64,000 nucleotides of DNA from Candidatus Binataceae bacterium (GTDB taxonomy: Bacteria > Desulfobacterota > Binatia > Binatales > Binataceae), in the NCBI GenBank assembly GCA_035524375.1, contig DATKOZ010000047.1, positions 113,347-177,346 of the forward strand. Reading direction: 5' to 3'. The number at the start of each line of letters is the position of its first letter. Position 1 is the stretch's first letter. Under the pieces are notes generated by a model that saw only the letters and a program-made list of their open reading frames with translations, had not been told where the DNA came from and did no database searches. This document shows positions 37,448 through 48,654 of the stretch, one piece after another. Made by a program: the position numbers and the translations under genes.

Positions 37448-38587
37448 GTGCGCGAAGTCGTAATCGTTGATGGCGTCCGGACTCCACTCGGCAAGGCCGG
37501 CAAGGACAAGGGCTATTACAAGGACATCCGGGCCGATGAGTTGGGCGCGATTTGCGTTCGCCGCCTTTTGGAGAAGAATCCCAAACTCGATCCCAAGGAA
37601 ATCGAAGACGTCGTATGGGGATGCGCCAACCAGAGCGGAGAGCAGGGACTCAACGTCGGCCGCATGATCGGACTGTTGGCGGAGCTTCCAGTCGAGGTCG
37701 CTGGTACTACCGTCGATCGTCAGTGTGGGTCCAGTTTGCAGGCGGTCAATTTCGCCGCGATGGAAATAATCGCGAACACCGGTGATGTGATGATCGCCGG
37801 CGGCGTCGAGCACATGACGCACGTCGCGATGGGCTCCGGCATCCAGCCTAACCCCAAGCTGCTCACCATGTTCCCCCAGGACATGTTCTTCATGGGGCTG
37901 ACAGCCGAGCGGCTGGCCAAGATGCATAACATCACGCGCGAGCAGGCCGATGCCTTCTCGCTGCGCTCAAACATGCGGGCGGTGGCGGCGCGCGATCGTT
38001 TCAAGGAAGAGATCGTCCCGGTCAAGCTGCCCGACGGCGCCACAGTGGATGTCGATCAGGGACCGCGCGCCGAAACCACGATGGAAAAGCTGGCGGGATT
38101 GAAGCCTTCCTTCAAACCGGACGGCCAAGTCACAGCGGGAAATTCTTCGCAGATTAGCGATGGCGCGGCTGCCGTTCTGCTGATGAGCGCCGAGCGTGCG
38201 AAATCGCTTGGCTTGAAGCCGATGGCGAAGATTCGCGCAATGGCGGTGGCCGGAGTGCGTCCGGAAATCATGGGCTGGGGCCCGGTGCCGTCCACCCGCA
38301 AGGCACTTGGCCGCGCGGGCCTGAAAATCGACGATATCAACCTGTTCGAGATCAATGAAGCATTCGCCGCGCAGGTCCTTGCCTGCAACACCGACCTCAA
38401 GATCAACGAGGAGAAGCTCGATGTTAACGGCGGCGCGGTTGCGCTGGGCCATCCGCTGGGATGCTCGGGTGCGCGCCTGGTGGTCACGCTGACACATGAG
38501 ATGCGCCGGCGCGGCGCCGCATTGGGCGTCGCAACGATGTGCATCGGAATCGGCCAGGGAATCGCGACTGTGATCGAGCAGGTGTGA
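37448..38587 (+). CDS. Acetyl-CoA C-acyltransferase (thiolase)
   Basis: VVIVDGVRTPLGKAG...NQSGEQGLNVGR...DRQCGSSLQAVNFAA...NGGAVALGHPLGCSGARL are the thiolase signatures. GTG start at 37448, 8 nt after GGAGGA. Confidence 0.9.
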   Translation: MREVVIVDGVRTPLGKAGKDKGYYKDIRADELGAICVRRLLEKNPKLDPKEIEDVVWGCANQSGEQGLNVGRMIGLLAELPVEVAGTTVDRQCGSSLQAVNFAAMEIIANTGDVMIAGGVEHMTHVAMGSGIQPNPKLLTMFPQDMFFMGLTAERLAKMHNITREQADAFSLRSNMRAVAARDRFKEEIVPVKLPDGATVDVDQGPRAETTMEKLAGLKPSFKPDGQVTAGNSSQISDGAAAVLLMSAERAKSLGLKPMAKIRAMAVAGVRPEIMGWGPVPSTRKALGRAGLKIDDINLFEINEAFAAQVLACNTDLKINEEKLDVNGGAVALGHPLGCSGARLVVTLTHEMRRRGAALGVATMCIGIGQGIATVIEQV

Positions 38588-39174
38588 TGGCACGAATTCT
38601 CGGTTGCCGAATCGATAGTGCCAGGCCGGCCATCGCCTCTCTGGTGTTCGTTATGATGGCCGCAACGCTCGGGCCATTTATCGGCGCGCAGAGTATGCGG
38701 ATGGCGCAGGCGGCCGAGCCGCTCGATGCAACTGATTTCACCGCGCGCGCGCTTGCAGGCGGCAAGATCAGGTTGAGCGACTATCGCGGCCACCCCGTGA
38801 TCGTCGATTTCTGGGCTACTTGGTGCGGGCCATGCCGTCGCCAGCTACCGGAGCTCAATGCGCTTTATAAGAAATACGGGAAGTCGCGCGGATTGGTCGT
38901 GATTGGGGTTGCGTGCGACACGGTTCAGGGCGATAGCGAGGGCGCGATCGCCCCGTTCGTACACGAGCTAAAGATCGAATATCCGATCGCGATCGCGGAT
39001 GATTCCTTGACGGATCGGCTCGGTATCGACGCGATTCCAACCACCTTATTCATCGACGCTGACGGAAGAGAGGCTAAGCGGCTTATCGGCGCGAGCCGGC
39101 AGGGCGGCGACCTAACCGAGAGTGCGCGCCAGTGGCTCGAACCCATTCCAAATGGGAAATTAATGGCATTATAG
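38587..39174 (+). CDS. TlpA/ResA-like thiol-disulfide oxidoreductase (thioredoxin fold)
   Basis: Signal/TM sequence then DFWATWCGPCRRQLPEL (WCxPC). The ATG overlaps the thiolase stop (GTGATGG). Confidence 0.8.
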   Translation: MARILGCRIDSARPAIASLVFVMMAATLGPFIGAQSMRMAQAAEPLDATDFTARALAGGKIRLSDYRGHPVIVDFWATWCGPCRRQLPELNALYKKYGKSRGLVVIGVACDTVQGDSEGAIAPFVHELKIEYPIAIADDSLTDRLGIDAIPTTLFIDADGREAKRLIGASRQGGDLTESARQWLEPIPNGKLMAL

Positions 39175-39233
39175 GCGATCGTGGATTCGAAGCGGGTCGC
39201 CGCGCTATAAGTAATCTTTACCGGAACGGGAGC

Positions 39234-39482
39234 ATGGAACCAGGCGAAATTGAAGAATTGATCGCGCGCGGGATACCCGACGCGCGAGTCGAAGTGCGGG
39301 ACTACACCGGCGGCGGCGATCATTTCGAGGCAACCGTGGTGAGCGCCGCCTTCGAGGGGAAATCGCTCGTCGAGCGGCATCAGCTTGTCTACCAAGCGCT
39401 TGGCGACGCGATGCGCGCACGCGTACATGCGCTTACACTCAAAACGCTCACCCCCGCACAAGACCAAACCCGGAGGCAATGA
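39234..39482 (+). CDS. BolA-family protein
   Basis: 82 aa; IEELIARGIPDARVEVRDYTGGGDHFEATVVSAAFEGKSLVERHQLVYQAL matches the BolA fold motif. Start at ATG 39234 after GGAACGGGAG. Confidence 0.8.
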   Translation: MEPGEIEELIARGIPDARVEVRDYTGGGDHFEATVVSAAFEGKSLVERHQLVYQALGDAMRARVHALTLKTLTPAQDQTRRQ

Positions 39483-39817
39483 CAATGGCGGATGTCACGA
39501 AGCAAATCGAATCATCGATCAAAAACAACAAGATCATGATTTTCATGAAGGGCACGCGCAATTTTCCGCAATGCGGATTCTCCGCGGCCACGGTCGAGAT
39601 CTTCGAGCAACTGGGCGTGCCGTTTGAGACGGCGGACGTTCTGTCCGACCCCGAATTGCGCGACGCTATCAAACGCTACAGCAACTGGCCGACGATTCCG
39701 CAGGTATTTATCGGCGGCAAGTTTATCGGCGGATGCGACATCGTCCGCGAGCTGCACGAGAATGGTGAGCTCGAGCCGATGGTCAAGGCGGCGATTTCAG
39801 CCGCAGCACCTAACTAG
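39479..39817 (+). CDS. grxD: Grx4-type monothiol glutaredoxin
   Basis: IMIFMKGTRNFPQCGFS (CGFS active site) ...WPTIPQVFIGGKFIGGCD. Overlaps the bolA stop. Confidence 0.9.
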   Translation: MTMADVTKQIESSIKNNKIMIFMKGTRNFPQCGFSAATVEIFEQLGVPFETADVLSDPELRDAIKRYSNWPTIPQVFIGGKFIGGCDIVRELHENGELEPMVKAAISAAAPN

Positions 39818-39843
39818 GCGCTGTTCCACCAGCACGGACGTCA

Positions 39844-40413
39844 CTACCAGCTGATCGTTCCCGTCGAGTTGGTCTGTTCCACCCCGAACTTTCCGGAGTC
39901 GGGACTCGCGGGTTCGGCGAGGACTTGGCCCTTAATCACCTCGGTGCCTGAGCCGGTAGCGTTCTTGAATCGCCCGGTTCCACCCGTGATGGTCCAGTTT
40001 TCGGTCTTTTCGTAAACGCTGGTGGTGTTGCTGATGCATTCGACGCCACTGTCCGAGGAGGAGATGATTTGAGACCCGTCCTTGGTGGACGTCGTGACGG
40101 CGATTCGGTTCAGCAGATCATATTTCGTACCTGCCGTGCCGTCACGCGCAGTGCAACTGCCGGAGGACACCGTTACGTTCTGCGAAAGCCCTGACTTGAG
40201 CCCCGGCCCATCGATGTTTGTAGTGCATTCAGCGGTATATTGTCCCGCCGAGCCGGAGCCGTCGAAACTGAAACTGGCGGTGGAGAAGGCGCCGGAGCAA
40301 ACCTCCTTAAAAATCCGGGTTTGGCCAGCAAGCGCCTCTTGTTTCGGTGCGGACATGACGCATGCGATTACGGCCGCGGATACCGCAACCCGTCGAATCG
40401 CACTTGGTCTCAC
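39844..40413 (-). CDS. Secreted Ser/Thr/Gly-rich hypothetical protein (possible dirigent-like beta-barrel)
   Basis: Signal peptide MRPSAIRRVAVSAAVIACVMSA and 4 Cys. The motif WTITGGTGRFKNATG resembles the GGTG.F..A.G motif of dirigent-like barrels (recollection only). Confidence 0.45.
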   Translation of the reverse strand: MRPSAIRRVAVSAAVIACVMSAPKQEALAGQTRIFKEVCSGAFSTASFSFDGSGSAGQYTAECTTNIDGPGLKSGLSQNVTVSSGSCTARDGTAGTKYDLLNRIAVTTSTKDGSQIISSSDSGVECISNTTSVYEKTENWTITGGTGRFKNATGSGTEVIKGQVLAEPASPDSGKFGVEQTNSTGTISW

Positions 40414-40473
40414 GTACCGTCCTCGGAGAGAGCTTGGATTAATCGCTGAATTCCCGGTGATTTGGACGCAGTC

Positions 40474-41061
40474 TTACGCGCCGTTCCACGATCGCGGGCG
40501 GCCCGTATCGACGTGGACGAATTCGCTGCGCGGATAATAGCCCACGCCTCCGCGATGTATCGTCATGGCCGCTGTGCGCAAATTCGTAAGGCTGCGCCCC
40601 GGTACACGGATGTCGATTGCCCGTCCGTCGACATGCAGACTATGGACTGCAACCCCCTCGCTCCTTGCATGAAGCATCGCGTTGGTAATCGGCGACCGGT
40701 ATCCCGAAATCACGTGGAACGATTCCGAAGTATCCAGCCGCTTCTGAATCACTGTCAGCAAATCCAGCAACGCGGGGTCGATTGCTTTGACCTCATTGAC
40801 GCGGAAATCGCGCAGGACGTAATTGATCCGCGCGAGTTCTTCATTTACGTATTTGCCGTTCTCCCAATAGACCGAGTGCAGGCTCTCGCCGGTATGGAGA
40901 TTGTAGAATTTCAATGAGCGGCTCCGCTCCCGGACAAAATACCCTGCAGATGCAAGTCCCGGGATTGCAAGTTGAGCTGCGCCAAGCACGCCCAACTGCA
41001 GAAGGCGCCGACGCGATATCAGCCCGGCCGGCATTCCATTTCGAGTCGCTTCTTCGCTCAT
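40474..41061 (-). CDS. DUF882/YcbK(MepK)-like Tat-secreted peptidase M15-family protein
   Basis: Tat motif SRRRLLQLGVLGAA. FHVISGYRSPITNAMLHARSEGVAVHSLHVDGRAIDIRV is the DUF882/M15A-like metal-binding pattern. Confidence 0.75.
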   Translation of the reverse strand: MSEEATRNGMPAGLISRRRLLQLGVLGAAQLAIPGLASAGYFVRERSRSLKFYNLHTGESLHSVYWENGKYVNEELARINYVLRDFRVNEVKAIDPALLDLLTVIQKRLDTSESFHVISGYRSPITNAMLHARSEGVAVHSLHVDGRAIDIRVPGRSLTNLRTAAMTIHRGGVGYYPRSEFVHVDTGRPRSWNGA

Positions 41062-41083
41062 CTAATCGCTTCCCCGGCGCGAG

Positions 41084-42013
41084 CTACCGCTTGAGCGAAA
41101 CCTCGCGCGCGATGCCGTCAGAGTCATTGATGACATCCGCAGCAAGTTTCCAATCTATCAGATTTCCAATCCGGTTTGCATCAGCAAGAGCCTTGACCGC
41201 ATCGATGCCGCCTGTTCTCCGGGTGTAGATATCCCGGTTACTTTCGATAAATATTCGCCCGTCGCCAAGGCGCGCGAGCATCAGCGGTTGGTAGACGATT
41301 TCACCGGGCAGGCCGATATCGACTGCGTGAAAAAGCGTGTTGGCATCTTCGGGATGCAATCTGATGCATCCATGAGTGCGATTACTGTAAATGCTAAGTG
41401 GCGCATTGGTCGCATGGACCCCGATGCCGTGGATGCTGAGTCCGATCCAATAATCGCCGAGCGGATTGTCAGGGCCGGGCGGAACCTCTTCCAGCACCTC
41501 ATCGCCTTTCTCCTCCATTTCGGCCTGAATCGACGGTGGCACGTGCCAAGTGGGATGCTCCCTTAGTTCGGCGACTTCGAACGCACCCATCGGCGTGTGC
41601 CATTTGGGATTCGCCTTCCCCGCCGCGACCGGATAGGCGCTCGCCAGCTTGCCGCCCTTGAAATAATAAAGCATCCGCTGCGGGACGTTGATTATAATCC
41701 CTTCGGCGATTTGCATCGGAACGATGTGCCGGTTGTTGATGCGCAGCTGGGTTCCAACCTTCAACCGCGCATTGTTCTTCATCCCATTTTCTCGCGCCAT
41801 CAGGTTTGGCCCTTCGCCGTAGCGCGAGCCGAGACTCGAGAAATCGTCGCCCTGCTTCACCGTGTATTCGAACGCGGAGCCCGAAATCAGCGTTGCCACC
41901 GCCATTGGAGTAGCGCGCGGCGCGGGTCCCGATGCTGCGTCAACGAATGTCCCTGCGCGTAAAATCGCGGCGGCGAAAACGGCAACTGCGAGCGAATGGG
42001 TCGGGCGAATCAA
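41084..42013 (-). CDS. L,D-transpeptidase (YkuD domain) with N-terminal LysM
   Basis: LysM (YTVKQGDDFSSLGSRYGEGPNLMARENGMKNNARLKVGTQLRI). YkuD core HGIGVHATNAPLSIYSNRTHGCIRLHPEDANTLF (catalytic His...Cys). The track ORF reads antisense through tRNA-Leu. Start placed at TTG 42013 (after AGGACAGG), giving signal-like MIRPTHSLAVAVFAAAILRAG. Confidence 0.75.
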   Translation of the reverse strand: MIRPTHSLAVAVFAAAILRAGTFVDAASGPAPRATPMAVATLISGSAFEYTVKQGDDFSSLGSRYGEGPNLMARENGMKNNARLKVGTQLRINNRHIVPMQIAEGIIINVPQRMLYYFKGGKLASAYPVAAGKANPKWHTPMGAFEVAELREHPTWHVPPSIQAEMEEKGDEVLEEVPPGPDNPLGDYWIGLSIHGIGVHATNAPLSIYSNRTHGCIRLHPEDANTLFHAVDIGLPGEIVYQPLMLARLGDGRIFIESNRDIYTRRTGGIDAVKALADANRIGNLIDWKLAADVINDSDGIAREVSLKR

Positions 42014-42145
42014 GGCCTGTCCTGAGCGAAGCCGAAGGAAAGCGGCGTGCGGAGAAATAGAGCATAACCGGACTGCGTGTGCGAGCCGAAACGGTTGCCG
42101 CGCGTGATGGCATTGCCTAAGATCGACAGACTCGACTCCTCGAGT

Positions 42146-42231
42146 GCCGAGGTGGCGAAACGGCAGACGCAGTGGACTCAAAATCCACCGTGGGCAACCA
42201 CATGGGGGTTCAAGTCCCCCCCTCGGCACCA
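42146..42231 (+). tRNA. tRNA-Leu (anticodon CAA), type II with long variable arm
   Basis: Folded by hand: acceptor GCCGAGG/CCTCGGC, D-stem GCG/CGC, anticodon stem GTGGA/TCCAC with loop CTCAAAA (CAA), variable arm CGTGGGCAACCACAT, T-arm GGGGG-TTCAAGT-CCCCC, and 3' ACCA. Confidence 0.9.
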
Positions 42232-42493
42232 TCCATATCCAGGTCCATCTGACCGTATAGGCGGGATGCTAGGCAGCCGCCTCAGTCCCATAAAACCGAA
42301 CCCAGACCCGAGAAATCCGGCCTGCAAAAGAAACTGGCACGCGAATAGAGTGAATGACGTCAGGTCCTCGAAAGACGCAAAAGGACCCGCATCGGCATTG
42401 GCGGGTGCTGCCGTTGGAGACAAAGGCTGCCGTCTGTTACGATCCGGCCCCGAAGGTGCGATAGCCCGGCCGGCATAATTCTACTCGCGATAA

Positions 42494-44695
<2,202 letters not shown>

Positions 44696-44777
44696 TCTCT
44701 GCGGAAAGGTCTTGCGGGGCAGGATAGGGTTCAAGTACCGCCCCCCGGCATTCAGCACTCTGCGTAGCGGGATCGCT

Positions 44778-45461
44778 ATGAAGCTGACGGAGATATGGAG
44801 ATATCCGGTCAAGACCATGGCCGGTGAGAAGCTGCAACGGGTACGCCTCGGGCCGCTTGGTATTGAAGGCGACCGTATCGTCCACGTCGAGGACGCCCAC
44901 CTGCGGGTGATCACCTCACGGACCCATCCGCGATTCCTGGCCCATCATGGGACACTCAATTCTGATGGCGAACCGCTGGTGGACGGACGCCCTTGGCGCA
45001 GCCCGGAGGTCGCGGCCGAAGTGGTGAGCATTGCCGGACCGGGCGCGAAGCTGGTGCGCTACGACGGCATTGAGCGCTTCGACGTGCTGCCGCTGCTGGT
45101 GGCCACCGACAGCGCCATCGCTGCTTTCGGCCACGATTATCGGCGCTTGCGCCCCAACCTCATAATCGGCGGTGTGGAAAGCTTGGCCGAGCGCGAGTGG
45201 CCGGGCTCTTGCCTGCGCATCGGCCCAGTGCTCATCGGTGTCCAGGATCTGCGACTGCGCTGCATCATGACGTCATACGATCCCGACACGCTGATCCAGG
45301 ACAAGAATATCACCCGTGAAATTTACCGGCGTTTCGATGGCAAGCTTGCGCTCAACTGTTTTGTGATCGAAGGAGGCGATATTACTGTGGGAGAGGAGGT
45401 TCGGTTGGTGCGCGGTCGTGCCTGCGCAGCGTCCACCGCGGCCAAGCTCTTTGCCGAGTAA
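44778..45461 (+). CDS. MOSC domain-containing protein
   Basis: MKLTEIWRYPVKTMAGE... (MOSC_N-like beta-barrel), plus the size and C-terminal region typical of YcbX/MOSC proteins. Confidence 0.7.
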   Translation: MKLTEIWRYPVKTMAGEKLQRVRLGPLGIEGDRIVHVEDAHLRVITSRTHPRFLAHHGTLNSDGEPLVDGRPWRSPEVAAEVVSIAGPGAKLVRYDGIERFDVLPLLVATDSAIAAFGHDYRRLRPNLIIGGVESLAEREWPGSCLRIGPVLIGVQDLRLRCIMTSYDPDTLIQDKNITREIYRRFDGKLALNCFVIEGGDITVGEEVRLVRGRACAASTAAKLFAE

Positions 45462-45530
45462 TCCACGATGTCCGACAAGCACTTTCATTAGAACGATTCA
45501 GCGTGCGATTTGCACGGAGGTGGTAATTAT

Positions 45531-46472
45531 ATGAGTAATGCCGACGGCCTTCGTTACACAAAGATTCCGCTCAACAACGGCGCTGATGAGATTCCGGCAC
45601 TGGGCTTTGGCACACTGATTCCGGATCCGAACGCGACAAAAGAGGCCGTCCGGATCTCTCTGGAGGCAGGCTTTCGTCAATTCGATTGCGCCGAACGCTA
45701 CCGAAATGAAGAACAGGTTGGCGAAGCAATGCGAGCGGTGTTCAGGGATGGCAAGGTCAAACGGAAGGACGTGTTTGTAGGTACGAAGCTCTGGAACAAC
45801 AACCACCGTCCCGAACGCGTCAGACCCGCCTTCGACGCAAGCCTGAGAAGACTGCAACTAGACTATGTCGATTTATACTGCATCCATACTCCATTCGCCT
45901 TCAAACCCGGCGACGAGCAGGACCCAAGGGATACGAACGGCAATGTGATTTATGATGATGCTACGACCCTGACGGATACGTGGAAGGCTTTGGAGAGCCT
46001 AGTCGACGAACGCCGGTGCAAGGTTATCGGTTTATCGAACGTCAACTTGGCACAACTGAAAGAGGTGTTTGAATCCGCGCGAATAAAACCTGCCATTCTT
46101 CAAGTCGAATCCCATCCATATCTCCCTCAATGGGATCTGCTCGACTATTGCAAGAGAAATGGCATTGTAATGCAGGCCTTCGCCGCTTTGGGTCACGGTA
46201 TTGAACCGAAGCTGACCGAGGATCCAGTGATCGCCGTCATTGCAAAGCGCGCCAACAAAACCCCTGCTCAGGTTCTGCTGGCTTGGGCGATCCAGCGCGG
46301 CACAGCTCCCCTCACCACAGCCACTAACCCCCGCTATATCGAGGAAAATTTTGATATCTCCGCTCTTCCCGATGACGCGATCAAGGAAATCAGTGAAGGG
46401 ATCATTAGACGAGTCAGGCTCAATCCGGTTGTTGACACGGGTGTCCCCGGGTTCATTCCCAGGACACGCTGA
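45531..46472 (+). CDS. Aldo/keto reductase
   Basis: IPALGFGT...FDCAERYRNE...VFVGTKLWNN...IGLSNV...ESHPYL are AKR catalytic tetrad regions. ATG after GGAGGTGG. Confidence 0.85.
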   Translation: MSNADGLRYTKIPLNNGADEIPALGFGTLIPDPNATKEAVRISLEAGFRQFDCAERYRNEEQVGEAMRAVFRDGKVKRKDVFVGTKLWNNNHRPERVRPAFDASLRRLQLDYVDLYCIHTPFAFKPGDEQDPRDTNGNVIYDDATTLTDTWKALESLVDERRCKVIGLSNVNLAQLKEVFESARIKPAILQVESHPYLPQWDLLDYCKRNGIVMQAFAALGHGIEPKLTEDPVIAVIAKRANKTPAQVLLAWAIQRGTAPLTTATNPRYIEENFDISALPDDAIKEISEGIIRRVRLNPVVDTGVPGFIPRTR

Positions 46473-46504
46473 AAGCCGACGCCGGAATTTCCGCTGAGCT
46501 GGGT

Positions 46505-47371
46505 ATGCCGCGATTTGGCGTTACAACATTCCCGACGGACTATGGTCCTTCGGTCGTGGACTTGGCCAGGGGGGTGGAAGAGCGTGGTCTTGACTCGATG
46601 TTTTTCAATGAACACACGCATATTCCAGCCAGCCGGCGGACTGCATTTCCGGGCGGTGGCGAACTGCCAGAGGAATACTCGCACACACACGACCCCTTCG
46701 TGGCGCTTGCGGCGGCCGCAGCCGTAACGAAACGAATCATGCTGGGCACAGGAATCTGCTTGGTGATCGAGCGCGATCCAATAGTGCTGGCAAAAGAAGT
46801 CGCCTCACTAGACTTCATCTCGGGCGGCCGGGTCATCCTCGGCGTAGGCGCCGGGTGGAATGTAGAGGAGATGGAAAATCACGGCACGTCATACAAGCAG
46901 CGTTGGAAAATCCTGCGCGAACGGGTGCTGGCGATGCGCGAGATGTGGACGCGGGATGTTGCTCAGTTTCACGGCGAGTTCGTCGACTTTGAACCGCTGT
47001 GGTCCTGGCCCAAGCCGATCCAAAAACCTGGTCCGAAGATTCTTCTTGGATCGCGAAGTGAACGATGCTTTGAGCGCGTTGTGGATTACTGCGACGGGTG
47101 GATGCCAATTGGCCGGCCCGGTGAACAGAATGATCTGGCTGAGGGCCTGGGGAAACTGCGCGTCGTCTGCGAGCGTGCCGGACGGTCCTTCGATTTGCTG
47201 GAATTGGCGGCTATCGGCTTGCCCCCGTCGCAGGAGTTAGCCAAGCGACTGCTCGGGATTGGGTTTAAACATCTGATCTTTAGCCTTCCGTCCGGCAAAC
47301 CTAAAGAAACAATGCATGACCTCGATGCCTGTGCGGAGCTTGCAGGAAAGCTTCGTTCGATTGGGGTATAA
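46505..47371 (+). CDS. LLM-class (luciferase-like) F420/flavin-dependent oxidoreductase
   Basis: TIM-barrel LLM pattern (FFNEHTH..., ILGVGAGW...EE...G, ...WMPIG). Confidence 0.7.
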   Translation: MPRFGVTTFPTDYGPSVVDLARGVEERGLDSMFFNEHTHIPASRRTAFPGGGELPEEYSHTHDPFVALAAAAAVTKRIMLGTGICLVIERDPIVLAKEVASLDFISGGRVILGVGAGWNVEEMENHGTSYKQRWKILRERVLAMREMWTRDVAQFHGEFVDFEPLWSWPKPIQKPGPKILLGSRSERCFERVVDYCDGWMPIGRPGEQNDLAEGLGKLRVVCERAGRSFDLLELAAIGLPPSQELAKRLLGIGFKHLIFSLPSGKPKETMHDLDACAELAGKLRSIGV

Positions 47372-47510
47372 GCGGCTTTTGGCGCCTCGACGCGACCGCA
47401 CCAGCATTTCGGCAACTCCGAGCCGGCAAGCCGGATTCAAACTATCGCGGCGTCGAAGCGATCTCCGCTGAGATATGCCATGGTCGCGTCGGCCAACCCG
47501 CGATTGTCTG

Positions 47511-47975
47511 TCAGTCTCGAAGATCGGGGAACCTGCTCTGAACCAAACGCTGTATGACAGTAAAGATCATCGCGGTCGATATGCCGAACATTAGGAGTCC
47601 ATCGGCGGCTTCGAGCGGCCCCAATAGCTTCCAAGACGGCGACATAATCAGATCGCCATAGCCTAGCGACGTGTAATTCATAGCCGAGTGATAAAAGGCC
47701 GTCGCGAAATAAGGAAATTCACCGCACAGCCTTATCGCGATCGCCCAACACGTTATCTCGATCAGATGGGCCGCGAGCGCGACCAAGCTGGTTCTGGCAA
47801 TGATGGACACATCGATCCAAAATCCGGCGCCCGCACGGCCAAGCCTGGTCTCATAGCGAACGAAATGGATGATCGTTAGGAGTGCAAGCGCGTGGATGAC
47901 GATGGTGAGAATTGTCAGCGCCACGCCCAGAGCCAGCGGCCGAAAAATTGCGACATCAATAGCTGACGGGTTCAT
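47511..47975 (-). CDS. Two-TM potassium-channel-type pore protein
   Basis: TM1, pore helix and selectivity-filter-like NYTSLGYGD, then TM2. 154 aa. Confidence 0.7.
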   Translation of the reverse strand: MNPSAIDVAIFRPLALGVALTILTIVIHALALLTIIHFVRYETRLGRAGAGFWIDVSIIARTSLVALAAHLIEITCWAIAIRLCGEFPYFATAFYHSAMNYTSLGYGDLIMSPSWKLLGPLEAADGLLMFGISTAMIFTVIQRLVQSRFPDLRD

Positions 47976-48654
47976 GCGCTTCTCATTCTCCGAGCCATCG
48001 TACAGCGTCGATCAATTGCCAGTCCACGCGCTTGCCTCTGTGCCGATAGGAAGGCATCTTACTATTGCGCGAGGCACGGCAATGCATCCGAACAACGCGC
48101 GCGAAGGTCGTATCGATTTTCTCTGTCGAATGGCGCCGCTCGCTATTGGGTTGGCACTAGCCTCAATCGGATGCCGGAGCCCGGCGGCGCCGCCGTAGGT
48201 TTGCTCGCTCTGTTGCGTAACGAGGGCGACGGCGTGGGTACTACTGTCGCGCAAATCATTCAGGAACGACGCGGGCAGTTTCATACCCTCCGCCTCAACG
48301 AGGGCCTCGATCCGTTGAATCCTCAGGTAAACACTCTGTTGACACGGGGCCAGGCGTATTTCCTCCAGCACAACGGCGACGCTATCTTATCGCACCACAT
48401 GGCGCTAAGAATTCTCGACCAATCGAGAGGCCAGCAGGCGTTGTCGCTAGCCTATTTCGACGTCTTTTCATTTTCGGCAGCCGTGGGTTCAACGTTGGTA
48501 CTTTTTATCTTTCTCATGCGTCGGTCAGTTGCCGAGAAGGGAGCCCACATTGGCGGTGAGTAATGCAGGACAGGTTGGGAATAAATCCGTCGGCCTGAGG
48601 GACAAATGGGTTCAGGCCCCTCCCCGGCGCCAAAGTCTCCGAAATAGATGCGCG

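Noticed and set aside
42014-42232. N-terminal 73 codons of the 382-aa minus-strand ORF (MVPRGGLEPP...)
   Set aside because: This is an antisense read-through of tRNA-Leu(CAA). The LysM-Ldt starts downstream, with TTG 42013 proposed.
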